A DNA stretch of 57,596 nucleotides, counting the filler, from Sphacelaria rigidula (taxonomy: Eukaryota), in assembly GCA_964200075.2 (NCBI GenBank). It is 7 parts of 7 records of this genome, joined end to end, with 100 filler letters (N's around TTAATTAATTAA, not from the genome) between each part and the next. Parts side by side here need not be neighbours in the genome. Positions count along the whole stretch, not along the records: positions 8,244 to 16,386 come from CAXNAA020012136.1; positions 16,487 to 24,629 come from CAXNAA020012137.1; positions 24,730 to 32,871 come from CAXNAA020012138.1; 4 more parts are not named here. One strand, 5' to 3'. The stretch's first letter is position 1; each line of letters begins with the position of its first letter. Both the position numbers and the translations under genes were made by a program. The notes below the pieces were generated by a model. It saw only the letters and a program-made list of their open reading frames with translations. It had not been told where the DNA came from and searched no databases. Below are positions 12,551-25,650 of this stretch, in pieces.

Positions 12551-12979
12551 AAACACGGGATCTTACAAATTTTCATTGGGGATAAGAGCCCAAGGAATTA
12601 AAATCTTCGTATCCGCACCAAATATTCGAAATGTGGTTCCATTTCTTCACCTACTGATAGCTATTGACAACTGCTACACGCCATAGAAATTTGGATTTCG
12701 AACACCGAAATGTTGGGGTCCTAGATGAAAAAACAATTTTGTGGAATTCCGGGTGTCCGAGCGGACGCCAAAATGGTTCCAAAATATTTTTAAACCTAGG
12801 ACCCAAACATTTCGTTGATCGAAATCCAATTTCCTATGGTGTTTAGCAGTTATCAATAGCTATCAGTAGGTGAAGAAATGGAACCATATTTCGAATATTT
12901 GGTTTGGACACGAAGAATTTAATCCTCCGGGTTTCTCGTCCCCAATAAATGATCGCCAATTTGTAAGATCCCATGTTTT
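12551..12979. repeat. Long imperfect palindrome (foldback MITE / hairpin)
   Basis: Arms of ~200 bp: GGGATCTTACAAATT...TTCTTCACCTACTGATAGCTATTGA versus TCAATAGCTATCAGTAGGTGAAGAA...AATTTGTAAGATCCC. Centre GTGTCCGAGCGGACGC at ~12753-12768. Confidence 0.92.
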
Positions 12980-13074
12980 GAGCGTTTTGAGTGGACCCTG
13001 TGCTGCATCATTCCACGCTGTCCTATGCAGATGGCCACCTCAGAAACGCAGCCGTTTGTATCTGCGTATCAAGA

Positions 13075-16000
13075 ACGAGCTGCTGCCAAGCTCTCTTGTT
13101 GCCGAGTGCAACAGAAGCACACGCACGCGTGATCTGCCTTTTTCGTTTCGCGCGACGAAACAAAATGGAAACAGAAAAAGCTTGGCTTGGCTGTCCTCGC
13201 CCGCGGATCGTTCACATTTTGCAGCCAGCTGCTGCGCACACCCACGCACGATGGATGTCGTGTACTAGCATGCTGTCGACTGCAACACGCTGCTATGTTG
13301 TCGCTCGCTACAGCCGCTTCCTCTGCTCAGCCAGCGCCCGTGCTATCAACGAGCTCTTGCCAACAAGCTCTTGTGACCGAGTGCAACAGCAGCACGCGGG
13401 TGATCTGCACTTTTCGTTTTGCGCGACGAAATGAAATGGAAACAGAAAAAGCTTGGCTCGGTTTTTCTCGCCCCCGGATCGTTCACATTTTGCACCCAGC
13501 CATTGCACACACCCACGCAGCATGGATCGTGTACAGCATGCTGCCGACTGCAACACGCTGCTATGTTGTCGCTCGCTACAGCCACTTCCTCTGCTCAGCC
13601 GGCGCCCGTGCTACCAACAAGCTGTTGTCAAGCGTTCTTGTGACCGGATGCAACAGCTGCACACGCGTGATCTGCACTTTTCGTTCCGCGCGACGAAACA
13701 AAATGGAAAGAGAAAAAGCTCGGCTCGGTCTTTCTCGCCCGCGGATCGTTCATAGTTTGGAGCCAGACATGGCACACACCCGCGCAGCATGGATGTCGTG
13801 TACAGCATGGTGCTGACTGCAACACGCTTTTATGTTGTCGCTTGCAACAGCCATTTTTTCCGCTCAGCCAGCGCCCGTGCTACCAACAAGCTGTTGCCAA
13901 GCGCTATTGTTACCGAGTTCAACAGCAGCTCCCGCGCAATCTGCACTTTTCGTTTCGCGCCACGAAATGAAATGGACACAGAAAAAGCTTGGCCCGGTTC
14001 TTCTCGCCCGCGATTCGTTCACATTGTGCAGCCAACCACTGCACACACCTGCACACTATGGATGTCGTGTACAGCATGCTGCCGACTGCAACATACTGCT
14101 ATGTCGTCGCTCGCTACAGCCACTTCCTCTGCTCAGCCAGCGCCTGTTTTACCAACAAGCTGTTGCCAAGCGCTCTCGTTACCGAGTGCAACAGCAGCAC
14201 ACGCGTGATCTGCACTTTCCGTTTCACGCGACGAAACAAAATGGAAACAGAAAAAGCTTGACTCTGTTCTTCTCGCCCGCGATTCGTTCACAGTGTGCAG
14301 CCAGCTGCTGCACACACCCGCACAGCATGGATGTCGTGCACAGCATGCTGCCGACTACAACACGCTGCTATGTCGTCGCTCGCTACAGCCACTTCCTCTG
14401 CTCAGCCAGCGCCTGTGCTACGAACAAGCTGTTGTCAAGCGCGCTCGTTACCGAGTGCAACAGCAGCACACGCGTGATCTGCACTTTCGTTTCCCGCGAC
14501 GAAACAAAATGGAAACAGAAGAAGCTTGACTCTGTTTTTCTCGCCCGCGGATCGTTCATAGTTTGGAGCCAGCCACTGCACACACTCGCGCAGCATGGAT
14601 GTCGTGCACAGCATGCTGCCGACTGCAACACGCTGGCATGTTGTCACTGGCCTGGGCCACTTCCTCTGCTCAGCCAGCGCCTATGCTACGAACAAGCTCT
14701 TGCCGAGCCCTCTTGTTACCGAGTGCAACAGCAGCACACGCGTGATCTGCACTTTCCGTTCCGGGCGACGAAATGAAATGGAAACAGAAAAAGCTTGGCT
14801 CGATTTTTCTCGCCCGCGGATCGTTCACAGTTTGGAGCCAGACACGGCACACACCCGCACACCATGGATGTCGTGCACAGCATGCTGCCGACCGCAACAC
14901 GCTGCTATGTTGTCACTGGCCTGGGCCACTCCCTCTGCTCAGCCAGCGCCCGTGCTACCAATAAGCTGTTGCCGAGCGCTCTTGTTACGGAGTGCAACAG
15001 CAGCACACGCGTGATCTGCACTTTTCGTTTCGCGGGACGAAACAAAATGGAAACAGAAGAAGCTTGGCTCGGTTTTTCTCGCCCGCGGATCGTTCATAGT
15101 TTGGAGCCAGCCACTGCACACACCCGCGCAGCGTGGATGTCGTGTACAGCATACCGCCGACTGCAACACGCTGCTATGTTGTCACTGGCCTGGGCCACTT
15201 CCTCTGCTCAGCCAGCGCTCGTGCTACCAACGAGCTGTTGCAAAACGCTTTTGTTACCGAGTGCAACAGCAGCACACCCGTGATCTGTACTTTTTGTTTC
15301 GCGCGACGGAACAAAATGGAAACAAAAAAAGCTTGGCTCGGTTCTTCTCCCCCGCGGATCGTTCACATTTTGCCGACGTCGTGTACAACATGCTGTCGAT
15401 TGCAACACGCTGCTCTGTCGTCGCTCGCTACAACCACATTCTTTGCACAGGCAGCGCCCGTGCTACCAACGAGCTGCTGCAAAGCGCTCTTGTGAACGAG
15501 TGCATCAGCAGCACACGCGTGATCTGCACTCCTCGTTTCGCGCGACGACACAAGATGGAAACAAAAAAAGCCTGGCTCGGTTTTTCTCGCCCGTGGATCG
15601 TTCACATTTTGCAGCCAGCCACTGCACACACCCGCACACCATCGATGTCGTGTACAGTATGCTGCCGACTGCAACACGCTTTTATGTCGTCGCTCGCTAC
15701 AGCCACTTCCTCTGCTCAGCCGGCGCCCGTGCTACCAACAAGCTGTTGTCAAGCGCTCTCGTGACCGAGTGCAACAGCTGCACACGCGTGATCTGCACTT
15801 TCCGTTTCACGCGACGAAATGAAATGGAAACAGAAAAAGCTTGACTCTGTTTTTCCTGCCCGCGGATCGTTCATAGTTTGGAGCCAGCTGCTGCACACAC
15901 CCGCACAGCATGGATGTCGTGCACAGCATGCTTCCGACCGCAACACGCTGCTATGTTGTTGCTCGCTACAGCCATTTCTTCCGCTCAGCCAGCGCCCGTG

Positions 16001-16386
16001 CTACGAACAAGCTGTTGCCAAGCGCTGTTGTTACCGAGGGCAACAGCAGCACACGCGTGATCTGTACTCTTCGTTTCCCGCGACGGAACAAAAGAAAAAA
16101 CAAAAAGCTCGGGTCGATTTATTCGCCCGCGGACCGTTCACATTTTGCAGCCAGCCACTGCACACACCCGCGCAGCATGGATGTCGCGTACAGTATGCTA
16201 CAGACTGCAGCACGCTGGTATGTTGTCGCTCGCTACAGCCATTTCTTCTGCTTAGCCGGCGCCCGTGCTACCAACAAGCTGTTGCCAAGCGCTCTTGTGA
16301 CCGGATGCAACAGCTGCACACGCGTGATCTGCACTTCTCGTTTCGCACGACGAAACAAAATGGAAACAGAAAAAGCTTGACTCGGT
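13075..16386. repeat. ~269-bp tandem satellite, ~12 units, truncated by the contig end
   Basis: ACGAAA(C/T)(A/G)AAATGGAAACAGAAAAAGCTT recurs about every 269 bp. One unit near 15372 lacks ~30 bp. Confidence 0.97.
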
Positions 16387-16486
16387 NNNNNNNNNNNNNN
16401 NNNNNNNNNNNNNNNNNNNNNNNNNNNNNNTTAATTAATTAANNNNNNNNNNNNNNNNNNNNNNNNNNNNNNNNNNNNNNNNNNNN
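16387..16486. other. Artificial contig linker
   Basis: N44-TTAATTAATTAA-N44. Confidence 0.97.
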
Positions 16487-16933
16487 TTATGTCATGTAGT
16501 TCTTGTCTTGATACACCTGGTAAGCTTGTACGTACGGCTGTCCCTCGAGAGGCCGCAAGATGGAACGCTGCGATTCTTAGTTCTTTAGTTCTTTGGTTGG
16601 CGGTATTTGGGGCCTTGAGCCTCACCCGTAGTCGGACCCCGTGTTTATTCCTACTTGTCGCGCGTCGAGTTGAAAAACCGAGTGCCACCCCCTGAAGTCC
16701 GAATGGCCACCTGCGGCACCGTATCTTCTGAGGTCAGCCATATGTACCCCCTCTTTTCTTTATTATTTATTCCTGTTTAGCTTGTATCGCGTTTTGTGAG
16801 TTTTTAATCTGGGTCTTTTGTGTTGTTTTCCTTGTTTCTTTTTTTTGCTAGCCTGTGACCACGGAAGGCGTCCGTATCAGATGCCCAGTACGAACGTACC
16901 GCGCAGATATCGGAACGGTTTTTTAGTGTGAAG

Positions 16934-16934
<1 letters not shown>

Positions 16935-17000
<66 letters not shown>
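16935..17000 (+). repeat. (CAA)22 microsatellite, possibly the 3' tail of a non-LTR retroelement
   Basis: Perfect CAA run. The retroelement-tail interpretation is inference. Confidence 0.9.
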
Positions 17001-19619
17001 AAACCCGCTACAGACCGTAAACAAACATATGGTACGTTCCATAAACGCGCCCTCGAGTTCGACGATGTGTCCGATCAGTCAGCAGTGTACGGCGATATGC
17101 ACTGTCTGTTCTGTGCTGTTATCAAGAAAAAGTCAGTTGTAGTACAGTCTAAAACCATTTCAGACTCGCTCCGCCGCGCCGCCAAGGTTACTGGTATGAT
17201 ACTCTGGAATGACGATTTCTGACTACCACGAGTACAGACAACGGTGGCTAGAAATCTTGTAAAATGTAGCAAAACTACTGACAAGGTGTGCAAATGCAAT
17301 ATTCGGCATTGATGTGTACAACAGTCTCGCTCATCCTCAAAATAATCCGAGCGGATGGGCAAATTTCCGCACGTGGGCACTTGATTTCAGGCCAGGACAT
17401 CTGGGTTTTGCGTTCACCTTTGAAGTGAAAATGATACCGATCCAATAAACGACCCGTGCTGCCAGTCAAAGACCCGCCTCGAGCAGCCTCAAGTGTTTAT
17501 GGTTGACGGGAAATCCGACTCCAACATGCTCACGGACCGTCATTTGATTCGCCGCACATGAGATCCGAATAATGGACACAGCTTTCCGCTTTCCGCAACG
17601 GAAACCTGGTGGCATCTGCCTTTTTGACCGGCACCACCTCCACGTGGTGCTGTGTATCCCGCCGTACACGACGCCGCTTGTTGCGTAAAAAACAGCAGCT
17701 GCTTGCGCACACGGGTTGTTGTGGGAACACCGTCTGATACGCTCAGATGAAAGCCTTCGCGCTGCCGGCCTCTCTGCTCCTCATCTGCTGGTCTCCGCTA
17801 CTGGTGAATGGTGCGATGCTGCTCTTGTAGCGGTTTCTGGCGATCAGCTCGATCCGATCCCGTCAGTTCCCAACAGCAATTCAGGCACATCCTCGGCAGG
17901 TGTGAGCGGTAGGCGACAGTAAAGCAGAACAGTACCGCGTGCCAGTAGATCACGACCATACGTGCGTGAGGTTCATATAGCAGGCCGTAGAATGAGGGTA
18001 TCATAACGGGGATACACAGAGGATGATCTCGTGTTCGGCAGTCGTCGTTGAGTGTCTCTCCACGAACCAAGCGGTTACTTCAGTGTCTGGTCCATTTTGA
18101 GAATAATAGATATCCTGATTCAAACGACCGTAGTTTGGCCTCCATCGTGTGTTGAGTTTCATGTACGGCGTCGTAATTTTTATTTCTCATCGTAGATTCG
18201 GTGTGCGCTCTTGCGACGTTTCGGGTATACATGGAAATGGATGATCTGAGCTTTTCATAGCGCCATGTGGCTGCGTTTCGCAACCCCACGTGCCTCGCAA
18301 GATGAGGTCCTAGGGAGGATTGGATGGTATATTACATGTTCCAGTAATGGCAATAAGGAAGTACCTGCTGAAGAACATGGACGCGCATGCGCATGGCATG
18401 ATATTCACCCCGATTTCATCTTTGTCGAAGCCCGTAATTAATACTCCGTACTCCCGAGTATAGATTATCGGATCGTGCACATTTGTGCGTCATCCTCCCC
18501 ATACCGCGCCACAAACACGTGCAACACTGTGCATAATGCTTCCCGTACAGCGCTTCGGTCAATCTCCGTGCGCACGTCCAGTGACTTGTGCAGGGTTTAC
18601 GTGGTGTGTGCGACTAGACTCGTGGAAGTATGTGCAACATCTCTAATGGAATCTGACACGATGTCGCACATGCGTTGTATCATGCTGTGATTGGCCCATG
18701 TCGCACATGCGGCTGTTCTTGCATGTATTACATTGAGCTTTGTTGAGGCCGACAGCTGAGCCTATAGTTGAGTTTCCGACAGATATTTCGATGAGCAACT
18801 CTACGGGTACACTGAGCTATCGTGGGTAAAGTGCTGTACTTTATTCCGGAAGAGCATACTTCTGTGCTGAGTTAGCTTGCGGGGCACCGTACGGTACCCA
18901 ACGGTAGAATGAGTGTTGCACTGCCGCGGGTGATCGATAAGTAAGATGATGATGTACTCCCACGAGATCGCGCTACTGGTAACAGTGGGCAAAATTCTTC
19001 AACGCTACAACACAACTTGCGGCGGCACAGGTTATGAGGGAAATCAGGTAAAAAACTAAATATTCGCTCCTCTTGTGAATCTGGAATAATTTCATCACAT
19101 TTTCCTCGGCAAGCATCCGCGAGGAAACGGTTCGAAAGGCCACTACATAATCCCGAACTAAAGATAGAGGCGGTACGTATACCATCTCCCCCTCGAGTAG
19201 CATTTTTACATTATGGTGCCCCTGGTGCACGGTACGCCAATAAAATGTCTGACAATTGCACGCACACAAACGAAAGAACTCATTCTGCTATCCTACATGA
19301 TGATTACAGAGATGGTACTTCCCCAGTTCGACATATTCATCCCTCCTTCTCTTCTCTTCCTTACTGGGTACCGCTTCCCCGGCTATATTGAGTATCATTA
19401 CCTCAATGCTTGAAAACAAAAGGTCGCCTGCCTCGCTTGACGATATTGATGTTCCCTTGTTTTTGTACGTCCTTGTGCAGCTGTCGCTCTTCCTCCTGTT
19501 CTTACATGGTACCAACCATTTTTTATCTGACAGCTGGATCGAGGCGACCTAGAGTCGAGCTGGGTGGGTCCACTGCTCACCACGAGCTAAAGTTTTAGTC
19601 TTATAGCTTTATCTATGTT

Positions 19620-19790
19620 GATTTTTTCGAACAAACGAACAAAAACGCTAACGCTAACCCTAATCTCAACCCAAGGCGCACGAGACCCTGGGGCAAGAGG
19701 GATACATGAGTTCTCCCTCGCAAAGTGTGCGTTGGCAGACATGAAATCGTCGCCGCAGGCGCCGATTTCGACAAAGCACGTTCTGGACGA
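19620..19790. repeat. Interspersed repeat with a degenerate telomeric core, inverted homolog at ~37160-37335
   Basis: The reverse complement reads CAGAACGTG...GGCGCCTG...GATTT...GTCTG.CAACGCACA...TTAGGGTTAG, shared with 37165-37320. Confidence 0.65.
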
Positions 19791-20079
19791 GCTGGGTTCA
19801 CTGCTCATCTGCTCCAAACCATATTTTTTCTCAGAACTTTCTCGATCCTAAAATCAAGTAGTAATGTTGTCAGCCATAGATATGCGATCAAAGATTTTTA
19901 CGTCTACTGGGAGGAGCCGTTGCATTATGTAACGATTCGTCCCGATACACAAACCGCAGATCTGCGCTCCGATCCTTCACTTGGTGTTCATTTTCCCGAC
20001 CACGTCAGCTGTCACCGCCAAGGTGTCAGCGAAACAGACAGTCTAGTGTTCAACTTCGGGTAGTTATTCCCTATCACCC

Positions 20080-20600
20080 TCCCCGTCATACCACCCTATA
20101 GAGGGCACGTTGGTGTCGGTTGACAACGACTCTGTAGAATACGCCACTCGCTGCGCAAGCTGGGGAACCATGTCATCCGGGTTTTTTCGTTCGCGTGCGC
20201 TGTTTTCGCGGTAACCATGATGGTGGTCGAGTTACAACACATATGTTGTGCAAGGTGGAGGACCTCAACTCCGCGCAAAGGGGACCAACTTACCACGTAG
20301 TGTTTACATAGTAAGACACACATGGGGTAGTGTAACCCGTGGCTGTCTCTGGAAGTGGCGATACCAGAAAATGAAGCAACTCATTCGAGGCTGTCACCCA
20401 TGAGCAAAATAACTGGTACGCTTCAGGCCAAGCAATCTCAGAAGAATGTAGTTCATTCTTCATGTGATTAGCCGAACACATCACGGCGCTTCGCGCTTGG
20501 TGACAGCGAGCCTGGCCCGGCGAAAACCCGGCGCTCGTGCTCGGCTTTGTAGGGATGTGAGATTCATGGCCATATGACTACGTCATGCAGAATCATGAGT
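20080..20600. repeat. Interspersed repeat family, inverted copy at ~33720-34270 and a fragment at ~43383-43450
   Basis: GTGTAACCCGTGGCTGTCTCTG...CAGAAAATGAAG...CGAGGCTGTCA matches the reverse complement of 33955-34025. Confidence 0.85.
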
Positions 20601-23025
20601 ATACCCCCCCCCCCCCCCCCCAAAAGGGGGGGGGGAGGGGGAAGGCCTTGGAGTGGGGGGGGGAACGGTCGAAANNNNNNNNNNCCGGCGCTCGTGCTCG
20701 GCTTTGTTGGGGTTGGGGATTCATTGCCATTTATCTACGCCATGAAAAATTATGAGTTTCCCCCCCCCCCCCCCCCCCCGAAAGAGGGGGGGTGAGTGAC
20801 TGTCTCGTCTCGAAGCCGTATCGTCGACTCGAAATACAGGGAAATTCAGGGGTTTTCAGCATCTAAGGGCCCTCTTCGAGTGGGTTCGGGAGTAGGATTC
20901 CTAACCAACCTGTTATGTGTCCAGGGCATATGTCTTGTCGGGTAAGAGGCACGCCGGGGGAGCCCGGTGTCACTTCAGAAACGGGAGAGTGCATGTTGTC
21001 TTTGACTTCACGTTAAAAATCGTTCCATTCTCTGTGCAGTACCTTCTAATACCCGCAGTGTGTGCATTTGATACGTGTACTTTCCGTTGTCACCGGCTTA
21101 CTACCCAAAATTACGTTCAAGGAAATCAAGGAAAATATACGTAAATACCGTAGGACATCGTTAAAGGACATTCACCATCAGGCCATGTAACCACCGCTGG
21201 TTACATGTTCTAATGGTGGGTTCCCCTTCAAATGATAAACGTCCATTACGCAGGGGTCTACGCAGGGGACTACGGGGAAAATATTTCGGGACACGTAGGC
21301 CCAAGATCGAAAAAATGAGTTTTTCAGGGGGTGGGGGGCACACTCACCGTGCGGTCCCCTAGTTTTTTGACGAGGCGTTGGCGGATGTGGTCATCTCCCG
21401 TGTACAGAGATCCTTGGCATGGAGAACGCTGAGATGGCGCACATACCGCCCTCCCAAAGCTCATTACTCACCATGATAACATTTATGGGATCATGCTCTT
21501 TGTCGTGTGCCTCGAGTACCCACCAGTCGTCCGGGCAGGTTTGGCGAGTCATGATATGTTGTTGCTACTTTGGCTACAGGCTGTCGCTACCGTGCGCTCG
21601 TGTGTGTGAGCGTGGCCGGCATCTGAGGTCATCGGGACAGAGCGGGCAACGAGCAGAAGCAAATGTACGAATTCCGCAAAGCCCACCAGACTTTTCGGTT
21701 TCTGTCAGTATTTATTGATCGATTTCTTGCAGCGATATTCAACAAAAACAATCGAAAAATCATGACAATCTCCGAGAAAATACCCTCCGGGAGGGGGGAG
21801 GGCTCCGTGTCCGAAAATCTTCTTCCCGTAGCCCCCTGCACTGCGTGTTCTAATAGTTATGTTCATTATCTCAGGTGTGTGTTCGATTCTCGGTGAGTTC
21901 ACTTTTCCCCATCTGTCCGGACGTGTTTTTCCGGCGCTGACTACATAATCCAGTGGTGAATTTCGTCGAATATACCAACGATGTGCGGGTTCGAATCACG
22001 GCGCGGTTTCTCTCTCTCTCCCGCCCGGACGTGGTTTTCCGGGGGAGGAAAAATATCGCCTGTAGTTGCTTCAGTCCTGAGATCATGCAGCGGTGGCGAG
22101 GGGCTTTCGACCTCAAAGCATATATCTCTTTGCCGACTACATAGTCTGCTGGTGAATGACCTCTAATGAGGAGGAGATAGAGTCCATCGTGCCCACGCGG
22201 CACGCTAAACCAAGAAATAAATAGACCCAGATCAAAAACTAAAGGTTACCAACCAAGACAAGAAAAAATCGCATCGCTCTATCCTTGTACCCGTACAATA
22301 ATTGACCAGCGTGTATCACCCACCGGTTGTAGGCCGCCCGTGCCCTTTCCCCACACATACCTACGTATATGCAGAGGGTTTTCAACATCTAGACGATATC
22401 AAGTTATCACATATTCTTATTCCGGAATAATCCTAGTTGGGCTCCACGAGCAAGACACCCTCCCGCCGAACGCAGACACTCGAGAGACAACCATACGTAC
22501 GAGCATGTTGGACATTCAAAAGAAAAACACCACATGACAATACATCAATCACGTTGGGGAATGGTGCAATTGACGGAAGGAGTTGGCAAAGAAACCGACA
22601 GAGGGGTGGTGGGCATTCCTGTCACCTCCGCCATATTCAATCCGGTACATATCTCGCTACATAAGGTATATATATACGAAGTATATATATATATATATAT
22701 ATATAACCCTCCAGAATAAATGACTAAGTCATGAAAGATGACGTGTTTGTACATGCAATCAAGCTCCAGCGCTGCATCAAATATATATATATACGTATAC
22801 TGTAGTATATATACCGGAATGCCCGCACTTGGTCCGCATACGAACACCATTGCACTTTTGAACATAATCTTTGCTTGATAATTTCTCGACCGTGGGTGAA
22901 GTCATCACCATGAAACTTGGTGCACTAGTCGGACACAACACAGGCATTACATGCACCGGAGGACAGCTACAGCTCCTTTCGATCACCGAGCAATTAAACT
23001 AAGCGAATACCGATATACCGTCGAC

Positions 23026-23232
23026 GAGTCATGCTACGATAGGGGCGGGGGAAAGCAGTCAACAGTTGTTCGAACGCGCTTGCTCCCGATAAATAACGCT
23101 CATTAATACTGCTTTACACCGATATTACCCAAATACAAGCGCAACGCGAGTGGTCTAGTTCGTTTGACGCATCTATTGGCACATTTTTTCGTAGAATCAC
23201 CCCCCCACCCCCCCCCTATCGTAGCATGGCTC
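23026..23232. mobile_element. Sola-like MITE (GAG...CTC termini)
   Basis: TIRs GAGTCATGCTACGATAGGGG / CCCCTATCGTAGCATGGCTC, flanked by CGAC/CGAT. Confidence 0.8.
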
Positions 23233-23348
23233 CGATACGCCCCGAAAAACGCTATCTCGCAGCCCAGATTCTGTGCACTGTGAGTGACTGCACGTATGGG
23301 AATGGTGGTGCACTCAGTTCTAGATCATGAGCACCTGGGAGGGAAGTG

Positions 23349-23553
23349 CAAGGGTAGATCGAGTAGAATGTACTCGATTGCGGGGTATTCTGAAAGTCGT
23401 ACTTGGAGTACACAAATTGGAGGTAGGGTTTCAGAAATCGCTTCCTAGCTATTTTTGGGGTACGACTCCCATCACTCTACCCTAACTTGAGTACCCCAAG
23501 TACGTCTTTCAAAATACCCCGCAGTTGAGTATACTTTACTCGACCTACCCTTG
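23349..23553. mobile_element. Palindromic MITE with a 3-bp TSD
   Basis: TIRs CAAGGGTAGATCGAGTA / TACTCGACCTACCCTTG extend imperfectly for ~75 bp. GTG on both flanks. Confidence 0.8.
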
Positions 23554-23714
23554 GTGCAGTGCTGGCGAGCAAACATAGGTCAGTATTTGCACAACCTCTG
23601 GATAATGAAGATCTGTAGAGAAGTCCTCCACGTATCGCCTGTAAAGATGCTCAGCGCGGGAGGCACGGTCGTACGCGCGCTGTCGTCGCTGCAAGGCGCT
23701 GAAAGTTCGGTCAC

Positions 23715-23971
23715 GAGCAATGCTACGGTAGGGGTGCACTTTTCCCGCAAAATCCTGTCTAGTTCAGGGGTTCATAACGATTCTAGATGCACAAGAATAT
23801 GGGTCAGGGCATCCCCGTTTGCAAATTAATTCGGGATGTCCCTAGCAGATTGGAACAGTAATCCTGGCGTACTCCCGCATATTTCATAGGTCGTGTTTTG
23901 GGTGAGATGAAGGGTTCGTAACAATTTTAACTTCAGAAAATAGTTATGCTTTTCCTACGGTAGCATCGCTC
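23715..23971. mobile_element. Sola-like MITE, copy 1
   Basis: TIRs GAGCAATGCTACGGTAGG / CCTACGGTAGCATCGCTC, with a TCAC TSD. Confidence 0.82.
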
Positions 23972-24349
23972 TCACATGTCATGTAAATCACAATCAACAA
24001 GCCCATGTGTCTGGAGCTGAGATCGGGCGTTGCAACAACCCGCTAGGGGGTGAACAGAACTCAAATTCCAATCCGAAAGCATTGTTTTTGTTTTGGCGCT
24101 GGACTGAGTTCACATCACGGGATTTTTTTTACATATCGCTACGAGATGCGATATATTCAAGATATATCATATATCATGTTATATATAACGTATCAATAAT
24201 GATGTCACCTGATATGACACCTATTTGATACGTAATGTGATGTATCACATGATATATGCAGTACATTTCGCGTCTTCTGTGATATTCCCCTCTATACATA
24301 CGTATCACCGAGTCGCCTCCGTACTTGCTAGTAGTTGGGACCTGTGCCA

Positions 24350-24600
24350 GAGCAATGCTACCGTAGGGGTGCACTTTTTTCGCGAAATTATGTCTAACTC
24401 AGGGGCTCCTAACGGTTCTAGATGCACAAAAATAAGAGTGAGGGCATCACCGTTTGCAAATTCATTCGGGATATCCCCAGCACATTGGAATAGTAATCCT
24501 GAGGTACCGTCACATATTTTCGTAGGCGGTGTTTTGCATGAGATGAAAGGCTCCTAACAATTCTAACCTCTGAAAATATTTGTACACCCCTACCGTAGAA
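24350..24600. mobile_element. Sola-like MITE, copy 2 (altered right end)
   Basis: Colinear direct repeat of 23715-23963. Confidence 0.78.
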
Positions 24601-24629
24601 GGAAAGTAATGAGCGCCAGAATGTTGGAG

Positions 24630-24729
24630 NNNNNNNNNNNNNNNNNNNNNNNNNNNNNNNNNNNNNNNNNNNNTTAATTAATTAANNNNNNNNNNNNNNN
24701 NNNNNNNNNNNNNNNNNNNNNNNNNNNNN
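24630..24729. other. Artificial contig linker
   Basis: N44-TTAATTAATTAA-N44. Confidence 0.97.
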
Positions 24730-25650
24730 GGGGGGGAAAGGCCACCTTCCCCCCCCAAGGGCCCCCCCTTTTGCGCCCCCCCCCCCCCCCCCCCCCTCGA
24801 GAGTCGTCTGCTCGCAGTCTGGTCTCGACTGTACATCCGGTACACCGCTCCTTGTTCCGTGTTCGAAAAGGTAACGCCCAAATCGATCGTCCGGTCCAGT
24901 GCAGCAGCGACTCAATTCCATTTCCTTCTGCCGTCGCTCCTTGGACAAGTCTCGGCTCGCGCGTCACCGCTTTTCGCCGAACGAATTAACAACGTCGAAG
25001 CACAGAGGAACTTGAGTGGAACTTGACCGTAGGCGCACGACCCACTCGCCGCCGCTGCCAACCATAGTCATGAACCTTCGGCAGGTATCACTTCAGCCCA
25101 TCCAGGAGTGAAGTACCTTGCTTCATCTCGAACAAGTCGTCTGGAGGCTGTCCAAGTCAAGAACGACACGTGCAAGGAAAGGCAGGCAGAGCGGACGAGG
25201 GCAAGCAAGAAGAGTGCAGGGGGCGACACAGCACAGCAGAGGCGGAGGGCGGGAGAGGGGGGGGGGCGAATACACGATACCAAGGCCGAGGGAAGCGACT
25301 ACCACTGGGACAGTCCGCAGTAGATGCGTCGCAGGGCCACGGGGCACATTCCCCAGAGATAATCAACCACCACGATTTCTTCTTCATATAGAAAAGAAGC
25401 CTGTATCGCCGATGATACTATGCCTGTGTCTTACCGGAAAATCTCTATCCGAGCGCGAGGAAAATAAAAGTTGAGGTTACTCCCTTACGCGGAAACGACA
25501 AATGATGACTAAAACACCAAAAGAGTGAACGCGAGACATATAGCACCAAAGGTCACCCCAATTGCAGCGGGTGACTATCGCACAAGTAACATGGTGCGAT
25601 GAACGTCGAAGTCCAAACACTTCTTTTTTCCTTCTTGTCGCGTGACGGAC

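Noticed and set aside
13075-16386. Many Cys/Ala-rich ORFs, a GKSSL P-loop-like string, or a CRISPR-like reading of the array
   Set aside because: The unit length is not a multiple of 3, so frames rotate. GKSSL appears in one unit only, via an indel. There are no unique spacers and no cas genes.
16935-17000. Poly-Q/N/T coding tract
   Set aside because: No supporting ORF or splice context.
17050-19560. Scattered short ORFs in contig 3
   Set aside because: No recognisable domains or consistent exon structure; probably decayed TE or intergenic sequence.
20519-20790. Direct duplication around the 10-N gap
   Set aside because: Low-quality poly-C/G sequence flanks a gap, so this is probably an unmerged overlap artefact.
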